Shown here: positions 47,846 to 56,609 of the stretch, one piece after another
How the letters are laid out: each line of letters starts with the position of its first letter
How positions within the stretch are numbered: the stretch's first letter is position 1
From: Candidatus Limnocylindrus sp.
GTDB lineage: Bacteria > Chloroflexota > Limnocylindria > Limnocylindrales > Limnocylindraceae
DNA: 64,000 nt
Direction: 5' to 3'
Assembly (NCBI GenBank): GCA_040397255.1
Contig: JBBAWJ010000001.1
Span: forward strand, 53,850-117,849
The notes under the pieces: model-generated
The model's database searches: none
What the model was told of the DNA's origin: nothing
What the model saw: the letters and a program-made list of their open reading frames with translations, nothing else
Position numbers and translations under genes: made by a program

Positions 47846-50146
47846 ATGGCAAAACGGGGAGGGGGGAGCACAGGGCGCGAGGCACGCCGAGGCCCGCTGG
47901 CATCACGCTCAGCACTCCGCACGCTGCTCTCACTCGCCTTTGCCGTCACTGGCGTTATCTTTGCTGTCGGCCTGATACTCCCCGGACGCGGGGCCCTCGC
48001 CGACGTGTTGCGCGACGTGCTTGCCCCGTGGTTTGGCGCAGGCCGCTGGCTGGTTCCAGTACTGCTCATTGGCTTCGCCGTCTGGATCGAGCGCCGCGCT
48101 GCCACCGCCTCACGGGCCCCTCTGCGCATCGCCCTGTCGCTGCTTGCGCTTGTCGGCCTTCTTGCCCTCGTTGAGATCGTCTTCCCGACCCACGGCGGCC
48201 GCATCGGGAGCATCGCTGGCGGCGGCGCTGCGAGCCTACTCACCGGCATCGGTGCCTTTGCAGCATGGACCGGGATCCTGATCGGCGTTGGGCTGGTCCT
48301 CGCTGAATCTACGGTGCGGAAGCTCTTCGCCGCCCTCTTTGCGGGGGCGAAGGTGGGGGCGGAGGCGCTCAGCGAAGGGGTCGATAAGCTTGCCGCGGAA
48401 CGCGAGCGCATCATGCAAGAGCGTGAGGCTGCACGCGCCGCTGAAGCTGCTCGAGTTCATGCTGAAGTGGCGAGTCAACCGGTGAACGACGTTGCGGCCG
48501 CAACGGACACTGCTGCACCCGTCTTGACCACAGAAACCACTGCCGAAGCAGACGACGTAAACGTACGGGCCGGTGCCCCCGTACGAGGACCAGGGGGCGG
48601 CTCTACAAGCGGAAGTGCAGCGCATGCTGCCAGGACACGATCGGGTGGGGCGCTCTCGTGGGAGCTACCCTCCACGAGCCTTTTGGATGCTCCCGGAAAG
48701 TCCGTCAGCCCAAACGCAAGCATTCATCAGACGAACGCCGCGATCATCGTGCAGAAGCTGCGCGATCTTGGCATTGAGATCACCTCCGTCACGGCCAATC
48801 CAGGACCGGTCGTTACGCAGTACGAGCTGACACCTGCGCCGAATGTGCGGATTAGCCGCATCGAAGGCCTTGGCGATGACCTGGCAATGGCGTTGAGCGC
48901 TCGCTCAATCCGCATCGAAGCACCGATCCCTGGCAAGGCTGTCGTTGGCATTGAGATCCCGAATCACGAAGCAGAGGCGATTCGTTTCAAGCCACTACTC
49001 ACGCCGATCGATAAGGCGGGCGCATGGACACCGAGCCAGGTAATTCCGTTTGCTCTCGGTAAAGATGTTGGCGGAACACCGCAAGTACGCGATCTCGCGA
49101 GCATGCCGCACCTTCTCATCGCAGGAGCGACGGGCTCAGGGAAGAGCGTCATGGTCAACGCCATCATCGCCTCGTTCCTCTTTGCCCGTACTCCGCAGGA
49201 GCTACGCATGATCTTGGTCGACCCGAAGCGCGTTGAACTATCTGGATATAACGGCCTACCGCACCTACTTGTTCCGGTGATCACCGAATCGGATAAGGCT
49301 GCCTCTGCCCTGAAGTGGGCGGTTCTCGAGATGGAGAATCGTTACCGCATGTTCGCAAGCGCCGGCGCACGGAACCTTGAGGGTTATAACTCCAGCCGCG
49401 AGGATATCAACCATCCGATGTTCTCCATCGTGATCATCATTGACGAGCTGGCTGACCTGATGATGCAAGACGGACGAGAGACGGAAGAGGCAATCGTGCG
49501 AATCGCGCAGAAGGCTCGCGCCACTGGCATCCATCTGATCCTCGCCACACAACGCCCATCCGTCAACGTGGTCACAGGGCTGATCAAGGCAAATATTCCG
49601 AGCCGAGTCGCCTTCTCCATGGCGAGCCAGATTGATTCGCGAACGGTGCTTGATGCTCCGGGCGCTGAAGACCTGATCGGTCGTGGCGACATGCTCTTCC
49701 AGCCATTCGATGCCCCAAAGCCCACGCGTATGCAGGGAGTCTTCGTCTCGGATCGCGAGATCAACGCCGTGGTTACCCATTGGCGCGATCAAGGGCTGCC
49801 AGATTACCAACCGGGTATCGTCGCTTCCGCCGAGCGAAGTGGCGGCGGAGGGACGGATCGTGGACGTGACGACGAGCCGGCAGACAGACTCTTCGATGAG
49901 GCGGTGCAGGTTGTTGCCGAACACGATCGTGCCTCTGCTTCACTGCTGCAGCGCCGTCTACGTATTGGCTACGCGCGAGCCGCTCGAATCATTGACCAGC
50001 TCGAAGAGAGGGGCTACATCGGATCGTTTGATGGGTCGACCGCCCGGGTGGTGAATCGCGACAAGATCGCCGCTGACGCAAACAGTGCCACCGGCGGCGG
50101 TGAGGGCGGAGCGAGCGCAGCGGGGGAGACAGGGGAGGACGCTTAG
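47846..50146 (+). CDS. ftsK: DNA translocase FtsK
   Basis: N-terminal TM segments. Walker A AGATGSGKS. ILATQRPSV motor motif. C-terminal gamma (winged-helix) domain SLLQRRLRIGYARAARIIDQLEE. Confidence 0.9.
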   Translation: MAKRGGGSTGREARRGPLASRSALRTLLSLAFAVTGVIFAVGLILPGRGALADVLRDVLAPWFGAGRWLVPVLLIGFAVWIERRAATASRAPLRIALSLLALVGLLALVEIVFPTHGGRIGSIAGGGAASLLTGIGAFAAWTGILIGVGLVLAESTVRKLFAALFAGAKVGAEALSEGVDKLAAERERIMQEREAARAAEAARVHAEVASQPVNDVAAATDTAAPVLTTETTAEADDVNVRAGAPVRGPGGGSTSGSAAHAARTRSGGALSWELPSTSLLDAPGKSVSPNASIHQTNAAIIVQKLRDLGIEITSVTANPGPVVTQYELTPAPNVRISRIEGLGDDLAMALSARSIRIEAPIPGKAVVGIEIPNHEAEAIRFKPLLTPIDKAGAWTPSQVIPFALGKDVGGTPQVRDLASMPHLLIAGATGSGKSVMVNAIIASFLFARTPQELRMILVDPKRVELSGYNGLPHLLVPVITESDKAASALKWAVLEMENRYRMFASAGARNLEGYNSSREDINHPMFSIVIIIDELADLMMQDGRETEEAIVRIAQKARATGIHLILATQRPSVNVVTGLIKANIPSRVAFSMASQIDSRTVLDAPGAEDLIGRGDMLFQPFDAPKPTRMQGVFVSDREINAVVTHWRDQGLPDYQPGIVASAERSGGGGTDRGRDDEPADRLFDEAVQVVAEHDRASASLLQRRLRIGYARAARIIDQLEERGYIGSFDGSTARVVNRDKIAADANSATGGGEGGASAAGETGEDA

Positions 50147-50149
50147 TTC

Positions 50150-51472
50150 ATGAGCGATCAGGTGCCTCTCACTCCCCAGCAGTCAGGATCAATCGAAGAG
50201 GCTGCACCACAAGCCCCAAAGATTGGTGATCGGCTGCGCCAGGCTCGCGAACGGCGTGGCGTAAGCATCGCTGAGGCGTCTGCCACGCTAAAGATTCGCG
50301 CCCCGATCCTGGATGCATTTGAACGTGAGGACCACAGTCAGCTTCCGCCACGCGTCTACGCACTCGGGCAACTTCGTACCTACGCCGCCTACCTCGGGCT
50401 TGACCCGGCCACGGTCGCAGCGGTGTGGCAGGGGGCCCCAACCCCTGAAGGAGCACCCGCCCCGACACCATCGCAAGGAGCAACATCGGCAATGGGTCGC
50501 CTCGTCGCACTGCGCCCAGGCGTCATCCGCTCAACGCGAGGGGTGCTGGCGATGGGCGGGCTAGGGCTCGCGGTGCTGGTGATCAGCGGCTTCATGGTGC
50601 TCCAGCTCCTGCGGTTTATCTTGCCGCCCTCCATCGCCATTACCTATCCGGTCGAAGCGCTCAGCAACCTTGAAGCAGGGACGCTCTCGTACGAACTCAG
50701 GGGGACTGCCGATGCACGCGCCAGTATCGTGATTGACACGAGCGCTGGGGCGCAGCTGACAACTGAGGCCGACGAGAGTGGCCTCTGGAGCCTTGTTGTT
50801 CCACTCGGCACCGGCCGCACGGAGGTCGTGGCGCACGCGGTTAAGCCGGGCACTGGCGGTGAGTCCAGCACCACAGCGGAACGAGTGTTTGTGGTCGCCC
50901 TGCCCGATAAGGTTGCCCCCGAAGTCACCGTGACGCAGCCCTCAACCAATCTCGCTGTTGAGAACGGTGACGTGCCGATCTCGCTCCTCACGGCCCCGAA
51001 CTCCGAGGTTGCGATCACGGCAACAGATACCTCAGGGGGGCTTATCGCCGCAACGATTACGAGTGATGCGAGTGGGACGGCCACTGGCGGCATCTCCCTC
51101 CCAGCGGGACGCTGGACCTTGAGCTTCAGCGTCACCGCCGCCGACGGCGCGCTCGGCCAGGCTACCCGCACTGTGGACGTCTCCTTCCGTGGCGTCATGG
51201 TGAGCGTCACTGGCGGCGCCTCCTCAACCTGGATCCGCGTATGGATTGACGGCCAGCTCGACCCGACGATTGGCGTTTCGGGGAAGACGATCGCCCCTGG
51301 CACGCGGTTAATCTTTACTGGGGAGAAGCGAATTGACATCCGTAGCGGCGATCCCTCGCTTCTACTTATCGCCCTCAACGGGCGTACCATAAGCGGGATT
51401 GGGAGCGGCACCGGAGCCGAAACCTATGCCTTCCTCAGTACGGGGAAGGTCAAGAAATCATCAAGGAGGTAG
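50150..51472 (+). CDS. RodZ-like cytoskeleton protein (HTH-XRE + TM + Ig-like region + DUF4115)
   Basis: N-terminal HTH (IGDRLRQARERRGVSIAEASATLKIR). Single TM. Ser/Thr/Ala-rich beta-rich middle. C-terminal DUF4115-like block (…WIRVWIDGQ…). Confidence 0.65.
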   Translation: MSDQVPLTPQQSGSIEEAAPQAPKIGDRLRQARERRGVSIAEASATLKIRAPILDAFEREDHSQLPPRVYALGQLRTYAAYLGLDPATVAAVWQGAPTPEGAPAPTPSQGATSAMGRLVALRPGVIRSTRGVLAMGGLGLAVLVISGFMVLQLLRFILPPSIAITYPVEALSNLEAGTLSYELRGTADARASIVIDTSAGAQLTTEADESGLWSLVVPLGTGRTEVVAHAVKPGTGGESSTTAERVFVVALPDKVAPEVTVTQPSTNLAVENGDVPISLLTAPNSEVAITATDTSGGLIAATITSDASGTATGGISLPAGRWTLSFSVTAADGALGQATRTVDVSFRGVMVSVTGGASSTWIRVWIDGQLDPTIGVSGKTIAPGTRLIFTGEKRIDIRSGDPSLLLIALNGRTISGIGSGTGAETYAFLSTGKVKKSSRR

Positions 51473-51475
51473 TGC

Positions 51476-51967
51476 ATGCCAGCCGACAATTCGTTTGACG
51501 TCGTCTCGGAGTATGACGAACAGGAGCTCAAGAACGCCCTCGACCAGACGCGGCGTGAGGTTGCCACGCGATACGATTTTCGCGATGCCACCGCCGAAAT
51601 CAAGGAGGAGAAGGGGGAGCTGATCATCCGCGTCGACGGCGACCTACGCCTGAAGGCGCTGCGTGACATCCTCGAATCAAAGTCGGTGAAGCGCGGCATT
51701 GACCTTCGAACCTACGACTGGGGGAAGGCTGAGGCGGCAGGCGGGGATACCCTTCGCGTGCACGTCAGGCTGCGCAAGGGCCTTGACGATGTCGCTGCGA
51801 AGAAGATCGCCAAGTTCATTCGCGACACGTTCCCAAAGGTAAAGACCCAGATCCAGGGCGAGGTGGTGCGTGTCACCGGAAAGTCACGCGACGAACTGCA
51901 AGAGGTGATGACGAGCCTCAAGGACCTCGATGTTGAGCGGCCGCTGCAGTTTGAGAACTATCGGTAG
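51476..51967 (+). CDS. yajQ: YajQ family (UPF0234) nucleotide-binding protein
   Basis: MPADNSFDVVSEYDEQELKNALDQTRREVATRYDFR matches YajQ. Confidence 0.85.
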   Translation: MPADNSFDVVSEYDEQELKNALDQTRREVATRYDFRDATAEIKEEKGELIIRVDGDLRLKALRDILESKSVKRGIDLRTYDWGKAEAAGGDTLRVHVRLRKGLDDVAAKKIAKFIRDTFPKVKTQIQGEVVRVTGKSRDELQEVMTSLKDLDVERPLQFENYR

Positions 51968-51970
51968 CCT

Positions 51971-53518
51971 GTGACCCGCTCGATTAGCGATATTGCTGCT
52001 GGATTAGAGCCCTCCCGTGGAGGGGCGCCGCTCCAGCCTGGATCGCGCCTCCACATCATTGGGGTTGGCGGTACCGCCGCACTTGCGGCGGCGCTGCACG
52101 CCAAGGCACTCGGGCTGAGCGTTTCAGGGTACGACCAGGCGCTGGCAGGGGAGTCGGCGGCGATCCTCTCGCACGCGGGGATACCGGTCGGCTCTTCGAC
52201 CAGCCCCGAGGTCCTGCAGGCCTGCGCAGCACTGAACGCTGGGAGCGTGGTCGCCATCTCCAAGGCGATTACGAGCACCCAGCCGAATCATCCTGAGGTG
52301 CTGCTCGCACGAGCAGCTGGCGCGCATGCGGTCTCCGTGCAGCAGGTGATCGCTGACGCCGCTGCAACACGCGGCGGGCTCATGATCGGCGTTGCCGGAA
52401 CGCACGGCAAGACGACCTCTACTGGATGGGTTCTCGATGCGCTCGTTCGTTCTGGTATTGACCCATCAGCCTTTGTCGGCGGCCCACTCGGCATAGAGCT
52501 GGGCACACCTACCGGCTCGCCCGTACATATCGGTACCGACCCTGGTTTCGTCGTTGAGGCTGACGAGTACGGCGGCAACTTTGACACCTACAACGCTGAT
52601 CGCGCACTGGTTCTCAATGTGGATTGGGATCATCCCGACATCTTTGCCGACCGTCGCGCCGCTGCAGAGACCTTTGCACGCTGGGCGGCTTATCCGGCCG
52701 AGAGCGGCGCCGCGTTCATCAATAGTGGTGACCAGGGTGGCGCTGAGCTCGCCGCGCTCCTCGCTTCTGGAGGGCATCGCAACATCTACACCCTCTCAAC
52801 CTCAACGACAGCTGGCGCACCGCAGGCAGACGTGATCGCGACGGTAAGGTCACGCGGGGAGGCGGCCTTCTCAATCACCATCAAGCACCTCTCCGACCGC
52901 GCCGCCCTCGCAGCTCCAGCACTTCGCGATCTTCTCAATTGTGAGTTGCCGATCGGGCTCCTTGGCGCGCATAACGCCTCGAATGCTCTCGGTGTTGCCG
53001 CGCTTGCGGCCAGCGCAGGCGGGAGCGCCGATGCGATTGCGCGTTCACTCGCCACCTTTGGGGGTGTAGGTCGCCGCATGGAGGTGCGCTATGACCACGG
53101 TTCGATCACTGTCCTCGACGACTACGGCCATCATCCAACCGCAATTGACGCCACGCTGGAAACGGTCCGTCAGCGATATCCCGGCCGAACGCTTCTCCTC
53201 GCAATTGAGCCACTGACATATCACCGTACCGCTGCGCTGCTGGAAGGCCTGGCGCAGTCGTGCAGTGCTGCAGACCGAGTTGCGGTCGCCGAGATCTTCG
53301 CCGTGCGCGACCTCGACACCACGAGCGTTTCGGCCGCTGACCTTGCCGAACGGATCGCAGCCATGGGCACACCCGCCACCGCGCCAGGAACCGTCCTGGA
53401 GACCGCGGCAGCCCTCCTCCCGAGCATCACCCCTGGGACAGTGGTCCTGGTGATGGGCGGCGGACGATCAACTGAGCTGGCAGCGGCGCTGGCCCGAGGA
53501 CTCACGGCCGCGTCGTAA
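51971..53518 (+). CDS. Mur ligase family protein (MurC- or Mpl-like UDP-N-acetylmuramate--L-alanine ligase)
   Basis: IGVGGTAALA…GYD N-terminal domain. VAGTHGKTTST P-loop. EADEYGGNF. DDYGHHPTAIDATL C-terminal motif. Not located in a dcw cluster. Confidence 0.75.
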   Translation: MTRSISDIAAGLEPSRGGAPLQPGSRLHIIGVGGTAALAAALHAKALGLSVSGYDQALAGESAAILSHAGIPVGSSTSPEVLQACAALNAGSVVAISKAITSTQPNHPEVLLARAAGAHAVSVQQVIADAAATRGGLMIGVAGTHGKTTSTGWVLDALVRSGIDPSAFVGGPLGIELGTPTGSPVHIGTDPGFVVEADEYGGNFDTYNADRALVLNVDWDHPDIFADRRAAAETFARWAAYPAESGAAFINSGDQGGAELAALLASGGHRNIYTLSTSTTAGAPQADVIATVRSRGEAAFSITIKHLSDRAALAAPALRDLLNCELPIGLLGAHNASNALGVAALAASAGGSADAIARSLATFGGVGRRMEVRYDHGSITVLDDYGHHPTAIDATLETVRQRYPGRTLLLAIEPLTYHRTAALLEGLAQSCSAADRVAVAEIFAVRDLDTTSVSAADLAERIAAMGTPATAPGTVLETAAALLPSITPGTVVLVMGGGRSTELAAALARGLTAAS

Positions 53519-53546
53519 CGAGTGCTCCGCGGGGCAGGGGAGGGGC

Positions 53547-55157
53547 CTAGGCGCCTTCCGGTGAGCCAGCGGCGGCATCAGGGCCCGGCGGCGGCTGCGT
53601 TGCAGCGGTAGCGGCGAGTGCTTTCGCCTCCTCGCTCTCGGGACGCGCAAAGAGGGGATGACCATCGGAGGTTAAACAGCGTCCCGTCGCCAGATCCCAC
53701 TGCCACCCATGGATGCTGCAGGTCAACGTTTCGCCGTCTGTCGTTCCAAAGCGTGTCAGGTCGGCCTTCATGTGCGGGCAGCGGCGCTGGATCTGCCAGC
53801 CGGTCAGGTCGAACGTCCCCTCCGTTGGGCCGTTCTCGGCATAGAAGCCTTCGGCGTACTGGATCCGTGCCGTGGAGAGGCACTTAAACCAGGTGTAGAC
53901 GTAGTCGTTATAGGCACCTTTGCGCCACGCTGAGAAGCGCAACGAGAGGAAGAGGCTGTTGACCCAGTCATCGGTGCGCGTGCGTACCAGGTGGTCCAAG
54001 AGGTAGCGGGGGATCGTGAACCGGAAGTCGACCTCTCGGCCATCATCGGCGATGACCGACCGCTCAGGGAAGTCGAGGAGGATCGCCTCGTCATCGGTCT
54101 GGATCTTGATCGTGGTGCCGATCCCGTCGCAGACACGAGGGCCGAGTGCCATGAGTGGCTCTAGCCAGGTCTTCAGCTCTGGTACGAGGTTGCTCCGAGG
54201 TCCAGCCCACGACGCCTTTTCCGCTGCAATGACAGGAGCCATGTCGGCTGCGTATCTGCGCAAATACACCTCTTTGTTCGCAAAGACATCCTGCACAGAC
54301 AGATCACCCTGTAAATGCTGCACGTTGAAGATTCCGTCAGCATTGAACTCTCCAACGCTCCCCGGGAGCATCAGAACGGCCGCCTGACCCTCAGCCTGCA
54401 GGCGCTCAACCATGAAGCGCTGGTCGGGGAAGATCGAATCGTCGGCGTCGTTGACGTCATTCCAGCGGAAGAGCTCGTCATCGAGGAAGCAGGGGGGTCC
54501 CGCAGAGGGGATCACAACACGGGGCGAGATGATCTCCACGTAGCGAGCGGCGCGGGTGAACTGCGCGGCGCGTTTCTTCTTGGCAAGCGCCTCAGCGGCC
54601 CTCGCCGGCATCTCATAGACCATCGGGTACCAGATCGCACCGCTGAACTGCAGGAGGCAGATATCGATTGCGCCCTGCACCAGAAGGCGATCGGGGTCTG
54701 TGGGGCGGCTGTCATTCAGGTTCAGGAGGCGCTCTACGCCGTCGTCGATGAGCAGCGCGGAATCACCAATGGGGCCGTCTGTAGGGGCTGTGAGGGCCTC
54801 CACGACGATGCTGAGGCCACCATGGCGCACAGGAACGCCCGACTGCGTCTCGATAAACGTATGGAATCCGAGCCCCTGGAGGGCCTCTTTCAGCTCCGGA
54901 AGCGGGTAGGCGGGGAGGATGACCACTGCGTCCTTGTTGCAGTAGGCCTTGAGCCACTCAGGGTCGAAGTGGTCTCGATGCAGGTGGCTGATGTACAGGT
55001 AATCAGTGGCACCCAGGGCGGTATGGTCAAGGTTGTCGTTTCGTGGGTATGGGAACCAACCCGCGTAATACGCAGGGTTGAACCAGGGGTCGCACAAGAT
55101 TGAGCCGTGCGCGGTGAGGATCTTGACTCCGGCCTGGGCGATGAATTCAATCCGCAT
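53547..55157 (-). CDS. MBL-fold metallo-hydrolase fused to a C-terminal Rieske [2Fe-2S] domain
   Basis: N-terminal HxHxDH (YISHLHRDHFD). C-terminal CPHMKADLTRFG…(17)…CSIHGWQWDLATGRC is a Rieske CxH…CxxH motif. 536 aa. Own AT-rich promoter region upstream. Confidence 0.7.
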   Translation of the reverse strand: MRIEFIAQAGVKILTAHGSILCDPWFNPAYYAGWFPYPRNDNLDHTALGATDYLYISHLHRDHFDPEWLKAYCNKDAVVILPAYPLPELKEALQGLGFHTFIETQSGVPVRHGGLSIVVEALTAPTDGPIGDSALLIDDGVERLLNLNDSRPTDPDRLLVQGAIDICLLQFSGAIWYPMVYEMPARAAEALAKKKRAAQFTRAARYVEIISPRVVIPSAGPPCFLDDELFRWNDVNDADDSIFPDQRFMVERLQAEGQAAVLMLPGSVGEFNADGIFNVQHLQGDLSVQDVFANKEVYLRRYAADMAPVIAAEKASWAGPRSNLVPELKTWLEPLMALGPRVCDGIGTTIKIQTDDEAILLDFPERSVIADDGREVDFRFTIPRYLLDHLVRTRTDDWVNSLFLSLRFSAWRKGAYNDYVYTWFKCLSTARIQYAEGFYAENGPTEGTFDLTGWQIQRRCPHMKADLTRFGTTDGETLTCSIHGWQWDLATGRCLTSDGHPLFARPESEEAKALAATAATQPPPGPDAAAGSPEGA

Positions 55158-55188
55158 GGGGGGAGGATAGCGACGTTCTGTACTCGGC

Positions 55189-55210
55189 GCCCAGCCTGCG
55201 CCCAGCCTGC
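55189..55210. repeat. perfect tandem 11-mer gcccagcctgc x2 in the MBL-Rieske leader (candidate operator)
   Basis: Units at 55189-55199 and 55200-55210, between the promoter and the start codon. Confidence 0.5.
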
Positions 55211-55227
55211 TTCGTCACATAACTATC

Positions 55228-55256
55228 ATTATCGGAACCAAGATAGGATAAGCCAA
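55228..55256 (-). promoter_or_regulatory. sigma70-like promoter TTGGCT-17-GATAAT for the MBL-Rieske gene, in an unusually AT-rich stretch
   Basis: Minus-strand -35 at 55251-55256 and -10 at 55228-55233 with a 17-nt spacer. About 75-nt leader with no SD (CCUCCCCCC precedes the AUG). Confidence 0.4.
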
Positions 55257-55315
55257 AGCACGGGGCCGCCTCCTGTAACTACCCCGCTGACGTGTGCGCG
55301 GGCTCGGGTTCCGGC

Positions 55316-56602
55316 TTAGAGCAGCTTCGCCGTTGAGTTGCGCTTCAGCCGCTTCAGTTCGCTAGCCAGCTCGGCGGTGGCAAAACCTGTGACATGGAGG
55401 GCATCTTCGTCGTAGGCCACCTGGATGCCGCCCCGGGCGCGAATCGCCTCAACCTCCCCCACCGCCGTGTATGGGAGGCGGAGGTCGACCGGGGTCCCTT
55501 GACGCTGTAGCGCCTCTTCGAGGGCGCTGCGGAGCGGACCGAGGCCGAGCCCCGTCGCCGCCGAAACGCCTAGCGCTGCGGGGTCAATTTCACGCGCGTG
55601 CATCTGCGCCGCGTCAATCTTGTTAGCGGCAATGATGCGGGGCTTCTCAGCGGCACCGAGTTCATCGAGAACGGCCTGCACCGTGGCGCGGTGCTCCAGG
55701 GCGTGATGGTCTGAGGCGTCAACAACCTCAAGGAGGAGGTCGGCGCGGGCGACCTCTTCGAGGGTGGCGCGGAATGCGTCGACCAGCTGGTGCGGCAGCT
55801 TATGGATGAACCCCACCGTGTCCGTGACGATGGCGTGGAGGCCGCCAGGCAAGCGAACCCTGCGGCTCGTTGGATCGAGGGTGGCAAAGAGGCGATCTTC
55901 GGCTAGCACCACGCTGCTCCCGACCAGGCTATTGAGGAGCGTCGACTTTCCAGCATTCGTGTAGCCAACGATGGCAACGGTCGGTTCGCCACGTGTGGTG
56001 CGGCTCTTTGCGCCCGTCTCGCGGCTGCGGCGCACCTGGTCGACGCGCGCCTTCATGACCGAGATGCGATCGCGGATCAGTCGGCGGTCGGTTTCAAGCT
56101 GCGACTCACCGGGGCCGCGCGTACCGATGCCGCCGCCCGTCCGCGAAAGGTGCGTCCACAGCTTTGTCAGTCGCGGCAGCTGATACTCCAGCTGTGCCAG
56201 CTCCACCTGTAGGCGACCCTCGCGCGTTCTGGCGTGCAAGGCAAAGATGTCAAGGATGAGTCGGCTGCGGTCAATGACCTTCACGCCGAGCACCTCTTCA
56301 AGGCCACGCTGCTGCGTCGGCGAAAGCTCGTCATCGGCGATTAGCACCGTGAAGCCCGTCTCAACCTTCGCTGCAAGCAACTCTTGCGCCTTACCAGCGC
56401 CGATGTAGGTGTCGGGGTCGGGGTGTCGTCGCTGCTGCCATTCAGCACCAACAACTTCAGCGCCCGCCGTGCGTGCGAGGCTTGCGAGCTCCTGAAGGCT
56501 ATCCTCAGCCGGCCAGCCCACGTCGCTACCAGTGTCTACTGCAATGAGGAAAGCGCGCTCTGGCGCAGGCGTCAGGTCAATCGGTGCGAGTTTCTTTGTC
56601 AC
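55316..56602 (-). CDS. hflX: GTPase HflX
   Basis: IVGYTNAGKSTLLN G1 motif, DTVGF G3 and NKID G4 (FIHKLPHQLVDAF). The GTG 56602 start was chosen to avoid a 67-nt overlap with miaA. Confidence 0.85.
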   Translation of the reverse strand: MTKKLAPIDLTPAPERAFLIAVDTGSDVGWPAEDSLQELASLARTAGAEVVGAEWQQRRHPDPDTYIGAGKAQELLAAKVETGFTVLIADDELSPTQQRGLEEVLGVKVIDRSRLILDIFALHARTREGRLQVELAQLEYQLPRLTKLWTHLSRTGGGIGTRGPGESQLETDRRLIRDRISVMKARVDQVRRSRETGAKSRTTRGEPTVAIVGYTNAGKSTLLNSLVGSSVVLAEDRLFATLDPTSRRVRLPGGLHAIVTDTVGFIHKLPHQLVDAFRATLEEVARADLLLEVVDASDHHALEHRATVQAVLDELGAAEKPRIIAANKIDAAQMHAREIDPAALGVSAATGLGLGPLRSALEEALQRQGTPVDLRLPYTAVGEVEAIRARGGIQVAYDEDALHVTGFATAELASELKRLKRNSTAKLL

Positions 56603-56609
56603 TGTCCCT

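Noticed and set aside
55244-55249. TAGGAT hexamer on the plus strand in the AT-rich island at 55.2 kb.
   Set aside because: No plus-strand gene lies downstream. It falls within the spacer of the better-fitting minus-strand TTGGCT-17-GATAAT promoter of the MBL-Rieske gene.
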